DNA of 64,000 nucleotides from a virus. Positions 38,764-51,100 of the stretch are shown one piece after another. The stretch lies in IMG/VR virus record IMGVR_UViG_3300030101_002520, positions 1 through 64,000 of that record. One strand, 5' to 3'. Every line of letters starts with the position of its first letter. The stretch's first letter is position 1. The notes below the pieces were generated by a model. That model searched no databases and was not told the DNA's origin. It was given only the letters and a program-made list of their open reading frames with translations. A program made the translations under genes and the position numbers.

Positions 38764-41700
38764 ATGGCAACTTATTTACCCGGAGTACAACCTTTTCTAC
38801 CACAGACACAAGTTTTTACTCCTGATTATAAATTTTTACAAAACGTTCTATCTGTTAGACAAGACAGGTTTGACACTAACTATAAAGAGATAAATAAGCT
38901 TTATGGGCAAGTTGTCTATGCACCTTTATCTAGAGCTGATAGCAAAGATAAAAGAGACCAATATGCTAATGCTTTAACTAACTCTTTAAAGCAAGTTGCT
39001 GGTATGGATTTATCTTTAGCACAAAACGTTAATACAGCAAAAGCATTATTTAGTCCATTCTATAAAGATCAGGATCTTGTTAGAGATATGTATGCTACAA
39101 AGACATTTCAAAATTCTCAAAAAGAAATTCAAAGATATAAAGATGCAAACAATAGAGATGTATCACGTAATTATTGGCTTGATGGTGAAAAGTTTGTAAA
39201 CTACCGTATGCAAGATTTTATAAATGCAACAGCTGATGATGCAAGAAAATTTAATGTGGGTGATTTAAAGTATGCTAAGAATCCAGATATATTTAATAGA
39301 GCTCAAGAGATATTAACTGAAGAAGGTTTAGAGGCAGAAGATTTCTTTATGCAAGGTGATTATATTTATAAAATTAAAAATGGTCCTGCTTTAACTAATC
39401 AAAAATATCAATATGTAGATGAGAATGGTAAAGTAAAACAAGGTACTAGAAATGCAGCTATGGATTTTGTTGTACAAGCTTTAGCTGATGATCCTAAGAT
39501 TCAAAGAGGTATGAATATAAAATACCAAAATAGAAGAAGAGAATATATAGACAATAATATATCAAACTTTGCTGGTGATAGAAATGCTGCAGGAACTGCA
39601 TTTGATAGAGATATATTAGAAAATACTACACAAAAAGAATTAAAAAAGTATGCTGAGTTAGAAACAGAGTTAAAAGGTGATTCAGCTGCTTTAAACAATT
39701 GGCTAGCTTATAAACAAGAGTATGGTATAATAACTGGATCTAAAGAAGATGAACAATATAAAAAGTTACAGTTTGAAGTAATGCTTAAAAGAAAAGCACA
39801 AAATAAGCTTAGTGAAAGAATACTAACACTAAAAGGACCTGCTAGCAATCAAAAGGTTTTACAAGAGAAAGCAGCTATAGCATTTATATCTGATACAATG
39901 CAAAAAGAATTTTATGACGCATCAGTAGCTTATTCAAATAAAAATTATTCAAGAGATGTTGAAGTAAATTCAGCAGCAGTAGCGGCAAAGAGACTTGCAT
40001 GGGATAAACAAAAATTTAAGATTCAAGAGATGAATAAGTTTTTGCTTGAAGAACAAAAAAAGAAAAATCAAGGTGGTGACTCTCAAACTCAATTAGATAA
40101 TATACTTAATCAAAATGACACTGAACTTAATGTAGATGCTGTAAAAGAAACACAAAATCCATTAAGAAATGTAGGTGATGGTCTTGTAGCAATTGATAAG
40201 ACACAAAGAGAAATGGAAGTTCAAGCTATAATGACGCTTTATAACTATCCAGGATTTAATAAATATTTATCTGGCGGTAGAGTGGGTATGATAAATGTTG
40301 GTACTGATGAAGAACCAAATTATTTACCAGAAGCACAAGCAGGAGATTGGTTAAGAGATCCTGATAATGCAAGTGAGTTGAATAGAATATTTAAAGATGT
40401 AACAGGTAAACTGCAAAGCACTGATTTACAAGATTTTATAGGTGTTTTTGCACCGGGAGATAGTTTTAAAATGACTAAGGATGATCTTAATGTTATACAA
40501 GCTGCTATAAATAATACAATGTTAGAAGAAAGTGGTGATCCTGGTAGTTTATCAGGAATGACACAAGAGTTTTATCATAATTTAAAAGATCAGGAAGCTT
40601 ATTATATTCAAACTAATCCTAATTCTCAATATAGTAATGCGAGAAAATCAGGTTATCCTTCTATTGTAACTTCTCAGGTGCAAGCACAGTTAGAAGAAAT
40701 GGGAGTTCCTGCATATCTTATTGATGCTGGACCTGATGCAGTATTTCCAGAAAACTCTAACAAAGCTGGTGTAAGAGTGTGGGATTATTTAGAAAAGATT
40801 TATTTAGCAAATGGTAATCCTGATGAACTAAAATTAGATGGTAATAATAATGTTATCTATAAGGGTGATAAAAACTTTTATGATTTTAGTAGAAATAGTG
40901 GTTTAGTTATAAGAAATCAAGAAGACTTAGTAAATTCTACTTTATCATCTATGAGAGGTAATAATAACAGCACTATAAAAGGATTAAATCAGTTATATCC
41001 AAATGGTCCAAATGAAGAGTTTGAAAATGATTGGAGATTTAATAAAAATTCTAATTCTGCGTTTAGAGCAAATGCTTTAAGGTGGAACGCACAAGATGGC
41101 TGGTCTATTGATGAGAGTTATGTAAGACAACAACTTATAGGTGGTGAGGGTGCTTTCTATAATAATTGGGTAAACAGTGTTAATGATACGTGGTCAAGAA
41201 CAGATTCTACAGCAGATTCAGGTATACCATATCCTACTGTAATGAGTAAAATATTAGCGCAAGACATAGATCTTGGAACTAATATGATGAATGCTTTTGT
41301 TAGTAGAACGCTTTTAACTAATGAAGCTCCTATGACTGAAGATGCTTTAGTTAACTTTAATGCTGCTTTAAAAGCACTTAATGTAGCTATTCCACAAGGA
41401 GACGGTATGATATTACAAGGTAATTATTTAGGTCAAGAAGCTGGTGATAAAACAGTAAGTGATCCTTTGGCAAAAGCATTTTTTAATGATGTAATAAGAA
41501 AAGAATTAAGAGTTGGTGACACATCTATGGGTTTAACATGGTCTCAACTTTCTCCAACAACATATGAAAATCCTCAAACAGGTGAAACAGAAAATTATTC
41601 TGCTTATGTATTTACATTACCTACTGAGTTTTTAAATAAGCATAAAGATTTTAAACCAACTGGTACAGATACAAAATTAGAAGACTCTGATATGTTTAAA

Positions 41701-42132
41701 GCTCAAACTCTTACAATATTAGTGAAAGAAGAGTTTGATAAGCAATACAATAATAAGCATATGGAAAATCAAATGCCTAGTGCTGCAGAGAGATTATTAT
41801 ATGCAAATGGATATTATAGTCCTCAACCAATAGCAGGTGGCGGCTCACATCATTATTATAGGAATGATCAAGGAATGATTACACAGGAAATCAAACCAGT
41901 TATTTGGGATAGTAATGCAAACGCATATGTACAAGATCCTATATCATATAGAACAACAACTATTGATGCTAATCAGTTACAAAATGTAATAATGTTAACA
42001 CAAGAGTCATTAATAAATAATCAAAGAACTCAATTAGATGTAAAGTCAGGAAATGTTTCAATAGAGGATAAACAAGTTTCTAGTAGTGGCATCTATCAAG
42101 CATATCCTGGAGGTCCTTTCTTACCTAATTAA
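38764..42132 (+). CDS. Virion cargo/ejection protein (first of the three large RNAP-block proteins)
   Basis: MATYLPGV...FTPDYKFL N-terminus, helical, directly upstream of the vRNAP as in crAss-like phages. Confidence 0.6.
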   Translation: MATYLPGVQPFLPQTQVFTPDYKFLQNVLSVRQDRFDTNYKEINKLYGQVVYAPLSRADSKDKRDQYANALTNSLKQVAGMDLSLAQNVNTAKALFSPFYKDQDLVRDMYATKTFQNSQKEIQRYKDANNRDVSRNYWLDGEKFVNYRMQDFINATADDARKFNVGDLKYAKNPDIFNRAQEILTEEGLEAEDFFMQGDYIYKIKNGPALTNQKYQYVDENGKVKQGTRNAAMDFVVQALADDPKIQRGMNIKYQNRRREYIDNNISNFAGDRNAAGTAFDRDILENTTQKELKKYAELETELKGDSAALNNWLAYKQEYGIITGSKEDEQYKKLQFEVMLKRKAQNKLSERILTLKGPASNQKVLQEKAAIAFISDTMQKEFYDASVAYSNKNYSRDVEVNSAAVAAKRLAWDKQKFKIQEMNKFLLEEQKKKNQGGDSQTQLDNILNQNDTELNVDAVKETQNPLRNVGDGLVAIDKTQREMEVQAIMTLYNYPGFNKYLSGGRVGMINVGTDEEPNYLPEAQAGDWLRDPDNASELNRIFKDVTGKLQSTDLQDFIGVFAPGDSFKMTKDDLNVIQAAINNTMLEESGDPGSLSGMTQEFYHNLKDQEAYYIQTNPNSQYSNARKSGYPSIVTSQVQAQLEEMGVPAYLIDAGPDAVFPENSNKAGVRVWDYLEKIYLANGNPDELKLDGNNNVIYKGDKNFYDFSRNSGLVIRNQEDLVNSTLSSMRGNNNSTIKGLNQLYPNGPNEEFENDWRFNKNSNSAFRANALRWNAQDGWSIDESYVRQQLIGGEGAFYNNWVNSVNDTWSRTDSTADSGIPYPTVMSKILAQDIDLGTNMMNAFVSRTLLTNEAPMTEDALVNFNAALKALNVAIPQGDGMILQGNYLGQEAGDKTVSDPLAKAFFNDVIRKELRVGDTSMGLTWSQLSPTTYENPQTGETENYSAYVFTLPTEFLNKHKDFKPTGTDTKLEDSDMFKAQTLTILVKEEFDKQYNNKHMENQMPSAAERLLYANGYYSPQPIAGGGSHHYYRNDQGMITQEIKPVIWDSNANAYVQDPISYRTTTIDANQLQNVIMLTQESLINNQRTQLDVKSGNVSIEDKQVSSSGIYQAYPGGPFLPN

Positions 42133-42142
42133 AAAATAAACC

Positions 42143-45100
42143 ATGGCAGAAAATCCAAATATAGGGAACAATAAATTTATAAATCAAAATTATACACCAC
42201 CGGTAGATATAAACACAGGATCCGTACCTCAAATAAGTTCACAAGAACATCAGGATATTACTGATGCATTAAGAGAATCTACTATTCAATTTGATAGATC
42301 TTCTGAAATAGATCCTATGAGTTTAAAGTTTATAGATCAACAATCTAAAATTATTAATGAGCAAGAAACATTAAACCCTAGTAGATTTACATCCCCTTAT
42401 CCTGGTAATGCAACTCCTAATAGAAATCCATTTGCTTATAATACTGGTCAAAATGATCTTTCAACACAACAGGGTAGAAGAGATTATTTTGGATCTATAT
42501 TAGAAAGAGCTAATGGTATAAGTGATACAAGACCTCATGGTGGTGCTTGGCAAAATCCTATTATATACGGTAAAAGACAAGTTAATGCAGATAGATATTT
42601 AAGTCATCCTAGCTTTGATGATTTGGGTTTCCACCCTTATAGAGATAATGAAACATTCTATAATCAAAATAGTACATGGTATGATGATTTAGGTAGAACT
42701 AGTTCTGCTTTTGTTCAAATGTTTAAACCTGCTTTTACAAGTGGTTGGAGAGCTTTAGGTGATTTTATTAGTGGAGATGGTTTATCACAAGACTATATTG
42801 GAGCTGAAGCAATGCAAGATGCAATGAGAATAGCTTCATCAACTAGAGGTGGTATTACTGGATTTACGAATGATTTATATTTAAATAGTGCATACACATT
42901 TGGTATACTAGGTAGTATATTTGCTGAGGAGGTTGCTCTAGGTTTGGGTACTGTGGCAACTAAAGGTATGAGTTCATCTATTGCTGCACAAAGAACTGCT
43001 GGTAATTTTAAAAGACTATTTGATGCGGCTGATGCAATGAAGACAGGTGCAAGAAATATAGGAAACTTTTCTTACAATGTTATGAGAGATCTTGGTGCTG
43101 TAGACAAAGCAAAAGATTTTTATAACTATGCAAAAGGCAATATGTATGGGGATGAAGTAGGTAGATTTATATCAAACTTCTTTGCTCCAGAAACTACAAG
43201 AGCTCTTCAGACAATGAACTCTACAAAAAATACTGCTAAGAATGTATCTAATCTTTCTAAATTAAATACTACATTTGGTGCATTTTACAGAGATATAAGA
43301 CAATTTAATATTGCGTGGGCAGAATCTAAAATGGAAGGAGGTTTGCGTGAGATAGAAACTTTAGAAGAAGCTTATTTAAAAGCGTTACAAGAGAATGGTG
43401 GCAACCCTCTAACAGAAGAACAATATAATCTTATACATAGTAAATCTAAATCTGCAGGATTAGGAACAGCATTATTAAACTTTCCTATAATATATTTATC
43501 TAACAAGCTTGTATTTGATGGAGCATTAAGAGGATTTAAACCTTTAGCTAGACAACTTGATAATGCTAAATCAGGATTAGGCAGACAAATAATGAGAAAT
43601 ACTAAGGATGGTGTAGTAAATTCTGGCAAAAAAGCTTATGTAAATGTGGGTAGTGGTTTAAAAAGAATGTATAGAGAGGGTGTTGTAAATGGATTAAAAG
43701 CTGCAGGTGTTGCAGGTTTAAGATATAGTACAAGAAATTTTGCAGAAGGTTTTCAAGAATTAGCTCAGGAGCTAGTTAGTGCATCAGTTGGTGATTACTA
43801 TACAGGTTTATTTGATGAAGTTTTATCTGATTCTATGAATGCTAATGCAGCGGAACTTGAAAGTAGAGTTAAAAATGCTGAAGCTAGTATGGCACAAGCA
43901 ATAAGTTCTGGTCTGAATAATGAAGCTGTAGGTTTTAAAACATTTATGTCTGGATTTTTAATGGGTGGATTAGTTCAACCATTTCAAACTGTGATGTTTG
44001 AATATGTGCCTAATACCTATACTTATGTTACTGATAGAAAAAAGTATGATGCATATGCTAAAAAGAAAGAAGATTATATAAATGAGTCTACAAAGACACT
44101 AACTGAAATGTTTGATGATCCTAGAAATCTTTTTAAACTTACCAATTTAAATACACTTACACAAAAGCAACTTAATAAATTTATGTTATTATCATCATAT
44201 AATAATGATATAATGGCATTTAAAGATTCAAAAGATGCTGCAGCATTTCACCATGTGTTAACAATGCTTAGAGTAGGTAAAGCAGAAGACTTTAAAGCTC
44301 ATTTAAATGGTATACTTCAAATGAATGATGCAGATCTTCAAAATGCCTTTAAAGATACAGAAGCATCACCAGCAGAAATTAGAAAAAGATTTACTGGATT
44401 GATTGATAAGGTTGATACCATGAGAGATAGATTCAATAGATTTGATGATAAGTATATTAATCCTTATAATCCAGATAACTTTAAACAAGGTAGTAGACCA
44501 TGGGCTCAAGAAATAATTAGACAATCTGCATTTGAACATGCTAAGATGATGTTTATGTTTACTAATGATACTTATGAAAGATCTGTTGTTAGAATGGAAT
44601 CTATATTAAGTAATTTGTCTGTAAATCCTGTTATAGATAAAATGGCTGCTAATGATATAACTGCATTAACTAGTCAAAAAGGTATGCTTGCAGAGATAAA
44701 CATGCTAAAGGATGAAACATCTGTAGCCCCAGCTAGAAATGCTTCAGTAGAGTTAAAAGAACAATACAAGAATAAACAAGAAAAGTTAAAGATCTTTCAA
44801 GAGTTTTATGATACCTTTTATGCTAAAGATAATTACAAAATACTTAGCAGAACAAAAGATAAAGTTAAGTATGGTAAACTAAAAGTAAGTGGTAAAAATA
44901 AATTAAAGAAAGTATTTATTAAATTACTTGATCATCTTTCTAAAACTACTGGTGGTAGAATACAAGATAATGATGCAATAAATACAGCTTTTGAAATGAT
45001 TATTGATCATGAGTATTTAGCTGGTAGAGCTTCTGATTATTATCAAGCAGCAAGAATACTAGATGATCCATCTATCCTTAATGATTTAGCAGATAGATCT

Positions 45101-48100
45101 GCTGAAGCTATGAATAAAGTTTGGAATGATCAAAGAAAGAAGTTTAAAGTATACGGTAAATTAAAAAATTGGGTTGATAATCAGGAAAGAGCTAAAATAA
45201 TTTCTGATCTAGCAAAGGTAGGAATTTTTGCAGAGTCAGAACAAGCTAAGAATTTTATTGAGACTGGTCAACAACCAACAGAGTTTTTTAGTGAAGAAAG
45301 TAGACTAACAGCTATAACAGCTGAAGAAAATCCTAATGCTTGGAAAACTTTAACAAACATACTGAAAGGGTATCAAAAACAAAAAGAAGCTGAAGCAAGA
45401 GCTGCTAAAGATAAAGCTGGACAAGATCTTGAGATAAATAAAGAAGAGTTTGACAAAGATTCTGATCTTAGTGCTGGTGATGAAATAAATTCAGTTCCAG
45501 AAGTAGAGGAAGAAAGGGGAGCTCAGATATCATCAAACATACAACCAAGAATATACACACTAAAGGATTATCAACAGTTTATAGATCAAGATCCTGATAC
45601 ACAAGCTATACTTAATAAAAAGTATCAAGAGTATGAATATGCTTGGAATAAATTGGGTATAAAAAAATTATCAGGTAAAGAAGGTCAGATCTTAACTAAA
45701 AGTGAATGGGTTAATTCAAAAGAGGGCGGTGGTAAAATTGTTAAAGCAAGACACAGATTGTTTAGAACATACGCAATGCAATCACCTGGTATGAAGAACA
45801 AAACAACATTTGAAGAATATTTAACTAAGAATCAAGATCAACAATTTCTTATAAATGTTGTACAAGGATATGGTCTTAGAGTGGAAGATATACTTGTAGA
45901 TACAGTTATTAATGAGAATATAGCAGTTGAACAAGGTTTAGGTAGCAGAGATACAATAGTAGATACAGATAATGATTACTCTAAAAATAAAATTAAGATA
46001 GTTAGAAGAAGAAGATTTGCAACAGAAGAAGGTGTTGCAAGTGATTTCTTTATGGTTCTAACTCTTAATAATGAAAATACAGTTGATAAGTATGCAGGTC
46101 TTCCTAATGCAAATACTAATTTATCTACAACATATAAAACAGAAGCAGAAGCTATAGCTGCAGCTGATTGGTTAAGTATGAATATACCAGCTGCAAGTAA
46201 TTTTGATTTTACAGTAGAAGGTAAAGCTGAAGATGGATTTACAAGTGGAGAGATTGTTGTTAAAGATGGAAGAAGATATAGTGTAGAAAGTAAAGAGGAA
46301 GATAATAGCATGCTTGTAAAAGATTTAGAATCAGGTCAAGAAGAAACTATAGACGCAGGCAAGTTTGCATCAGAAGGTTGGACAAGATCTAAAGATGAAA
46401 AAATTCAAATAGCTGATATAAAAACTTCAACTAAACTATTTGTTGATAGGGCTTTACAAATACTTCCATTTGATCCAAATGCAGACTCTTATAAAACAAT
46501 GAATGATCCTCAGAAGGAAAAAATATTAAGAGCTCAAGCAAGAAAAGATTTTGAAAAAACATTACAACAATTAACTATTGATGAAATAAACAAATTAAAA
46601 TTTAGTATTGTAAAAGGTGAAGACTTTGAAAAGGTTATAACAAACACAGCTCCGTCTGACAGAGATGTATTTCCAGCTAGTGTTAATTATGATGAGAATA
46701 AACAAATAAGGGTTGGTGCTGCTAAGTATAGAGTTGTAATATACAAAGGAGATGAACCTTTTGCATTATTAGCTAGTCCTTATACAGCTACTATGGTAGA
46801 TTCTAAAGGAGAGAAAATAGATCCTTTAACAATTACACAAAAGCAAGCTGAGACATTATTTATAGGTGCAATAGCTGATCCAAGTGCATATAAAAAGATT
46901 AGAGCTAATTATGCTGCTGCATATGAAATAGAAAAGATATTTGAAGATGCATTAAAAAATTCTAAAGGTGATCAAGCTTTTATGTCTTTTAAAGACCTAC
47001 AAAAGAACAATATAGATATGCAGTTTACACCTGGTTTAATTCTATATAAGTCAGAAGAAGTGGTTAATGGCAAACAAATTAATAATGAATCAAGTATTGA
47101 AGAGTTAGCAAACAATGGCTTTACAGTTGCTGAGGGTGTTGGTACTGACGGTAATCCTTTATTCTTAATAGAAGATAACCAGATTATAGATAGAAAAGAA
47201 GGGGTAAGAGAAGAAGCATCTATTATAACAAATATATCTGTAAAAGATTCAAACACTCTTGATAAACTAAGAGCTGATATTAATGCATCTATGAGGCGTC
47301 AAGGTTTTGATACAAAGACAAAGCTAGGAAGATATGTTGGTTATGTTTATTCACCTGGTCTAGGTGAGTATACTGCCTTTGAATTAAAAGCAAAACCAAA
47401 ATCATTAGAGCAAGTAAATACATTATTTACAGAGTATCTTAATAGAATGGAAGATACTGTTAAAAATAATCTAGATAAAGGTAATGTAAAAGATGAATTG
47501 TATAATAGAGCTTTTAATACAGAAAAAGAACAAGATAATTTTATAGTAGGAAAAGGTAATCAACAATTTTCTATTAGTGTAACAAGTAGAGGTGATCTTA
47601 AATTTAGATATTATAATAGTGGTGTAAGAGGTGTTGGTATAAATATATTTTTAAAAGTAAAAGATGTAAAGAATCTTTTACAGTCAGAAGCTGGTGTTAC
47701 ATCTCTTTTAAAAAATATACAGAAAAAAGTAAACAATAAAATTAAAGCAGATAAGAAGCTGAATGATCTACAAAATCTTTTAATAAATCTTAATGCAGAA
47801 AACTTTAAAGACAGTTTACCAAAAGATATTAACTCTAACAGTAATAAGTATACCATAATAAATACTAAAATGGATGCTGTTATTGGTCCTAATGTAAGAT
47901 CTAAAATTTATGGTAATATAGTATTTAATGATACTTCCGCTATAAATAGTGCAATACAAACAGCATTAGATATACAAAGAGAAGCACCAGTAAAGACTTC
48001 AACTGTTACTGAAAAACCATTATCTAATGTTAGTTTAGAAGATACTGACTATTTTAAAAAACAATCAAAAGAGAAATTTGCAAATATAGATGAGTCTATA

Positions 48101-51100
48101 TTAAAAGAGATAGCTAATAAAATTGTTAAGGATGGTAAAGAAAGTTTAACGGAAAGAGAGAAATTAGCATTACAGAACACACCTAATAGTAGAAGGGTTA
48201 GTGAGTTTATGCTTGAGATTACTAGCAGGCAAGCTAGTTATAAAGCTCAAGAAGAAGCTGAGAACTCAGAAGAACAAAAAGAAGTTGACAGTGAATTAAA
48301 ATTACAAGACCAGTTAAGGGTTTTAAAGAAAGAAAAGTATGATAAATATTATCAAGAGAGATCTGTTGAAACTATAGATGGTCAACGTAATAGTAAGTAT
48401 ATAAAGAAAGAAGGAGAAAGAAGAAGGGCAGCTTTATCAGATGTAAGTCTAGATCCTGAGATACAAGATTTAACAAATAGAATAAATTCTGCACTTAAAG
48501 TAATTGATACAGAGTTTGATGGTAGAGACATAGAAGACATAAATAAATTTGTTACTTGGTTAAAAGCTAATCTACCTGAAGATATAGTAACTATAAAAGA
48601 TATAAATGATCTTTCTGAAAGATTAAAAAACAATGGTACTACTGTAGGAGCTTTTATTATGAGATTAAAAACACTACGTGGTAAGTCTAAAACTGTTGGG
48701 GAGATCTATACATCTAAAGAATCTCCATTTAGATATCATGAAGCATTCCATGCTGCGTTTAGATTATTATTAACTGAAGATCAAATTATAGACTTTTTAA
48801 ATGTAGCAAAGAAAGCTAAAAAAGCAGAACTTAAAAAAGAAGGTAAGAGTTTAGATCAAGCTTTAAAAGAACTTGCATTGCTAAGTCCTACATATTCTGC
48901 TATGAATAAAAAGGAATTAGAAGATACCTTATATGAAGAGTATTTAGCTGATGAGTTTGAAAAGTTTAAACAAAGCCCAACTAGTACAAAGATAGCTCCT
49001 AAAGTAAAAAGTTTCTTTACTAAGTTATTAGAAATGATAACAAAGATTTTTGAAAATGCATTTAAAGTATTTTCAGGATCTGCTTTAGTTGAGCAATCTA
49101 CAGATACTCAACTAAATAAATTATTCCAAGATATTGATTCTGGTAAATTTAAATCTTCTAAAACACAAGAGAACAGGTTTACAGATGCAGTTGCAGAAAC
49201 TAGTGGTGGTGTTTCTAACCCAGTATATGCTATAGTAGCAAAACAAACTGCAATTATACCAGTCACTGTAAGAAGAGCTGGAGAACTTATTACATTAAAT
49301 AGAAAAGTTGTAATACCATTTCCTGCAGAGCAAGTAGATAGTCTTGTAAAAAGAATTGCTGCAACATATACTCAACTTAAAAGTAGATTTGTACCTGCTA
49401 GAGAGACTCCAGCTTTTAGTAAATCTAAAGGTATAAGACAAGCTACTGATATGATTATTCAAATGTATGATCCAGGTAATTCACAATATGATCAGATTAG
49501 CAGTGATATAGAAAAGTTATTTGAATTAGAAGATATATATAATGCTTTAAATAATCCTGATAATAAAAAAGCATTGGCTAATGGTGTAAGAGATTATATT
49601 AATATTGTTGAAGAAGTAGACAATGTTTTAGAAGATAATATGGACGTGGCTAAAAACGAAGAGAGAGATGCTCCATATCAAATTGATGATAAGAGGAATC
49701 AGATGGCTGGTTTTTCTAATCTAAATGAAATGATAAGAATGTTTATTCTTACTACTACAGTTGATGTTCAAGATGATAGATTTGGAAATACTTTTGTAAA
49801 TCCTGATGCAGCTGAAGCAGATAGAATACCATTACAGGAGAGTGTTAACTATATTGAGGTGTTTAATGGATTGTTAAAAGCACTTTCTGGTACTGCTAAT
49901 CCTGCTACATCTCTAAGAAAGATGTCTATATTTGCTGAATCAAATAGAGAGACACAGGCTGTAGTTAACAGATTCTTTATGGAATTTTTTGGAAACAATG
50001 GACCTAAATTAATAAAAGACTTTGTAGAAGGTAGGTCTGAAATACCTACACCACAAGGCGCAAAAGGTGCAGAGTTTTTTCAAAAAACAATGAATGCTTT
50101 TCATCAGTTTAGAGTTGACTATATTGTAGGTCTTAAAGATAAGAAAACTGGTAATACAAGTTTAATTGCTGCAAACAAGAATGATGATACACATTGGCAG
50201 TTACAAAGATGGAGCAATTCATTTGATAACAAAGATTTAAGAAAAGGTACAGTTAGTTATAATACAATAATAGATGACTTAAAGAACTTAGAAACTCTTA
50301 TGACTTCAGGAGAAGTTTTAAGTGATTTAGAAGTTAGAGCAAAAGGGGAAAGTGTTGCGGAAGCTCTTAATAGACATTTAGGTATTGATATTTCACCTAA
50401 GTTTGTAGAGTACAGTTTATTATCTAGTATGGGTTCTTCTACACCTTATCAAAATAATCTATTAAGTTTATTTGAAGAGAGACCTATAACTATAAGTGAT
50501 GAGAATCAAAACTCTGATTTAACAGAAATTATAAAATCTTTACAGAGAGGCGAACAACTATATAATGAAACTAATAAAGAAGATTCTATAGAATCTGAAA
50601 AAGAAACATCAACAAATTATTCAGAGCAAACCTCTACTAATGCTCAGGGTGTATTTTATAGATTACAGAAATGGGCTATAGCTAATGCTGCTTTTGATGA
50701 AAAGGTTGGATCTACTGTAATGTTAGATCCAAAAGGTAATTATATATATACACATCAAACTCCTACATATCATTTAGAGATAGCACAAAAACTTAATTCT
50801 CAAAATGGTATTAATGATTTAATAAGTGAAAGACCTGACTTAGTTGCAAACACACTATTGCAAGATCCTAAGTTCTTAGCTCTTTCAGATGCACGTAAGT
50901 TAAGTATTATTAGAAGTTTAGGTACAAAAACAACAACCTTTACTGTTACAAATGATGGTCAAAAAATAGAGAATAAATCTTTAGATACTAATGATGATGC
51001 AAAAACATATGGTGACTATACTCCAGCTGAATTTTTAGCTGATAGGATAAATCTATATCTTCTTAATTTTAATGATCTAAATGGTAAGGTTGCACAAGAA

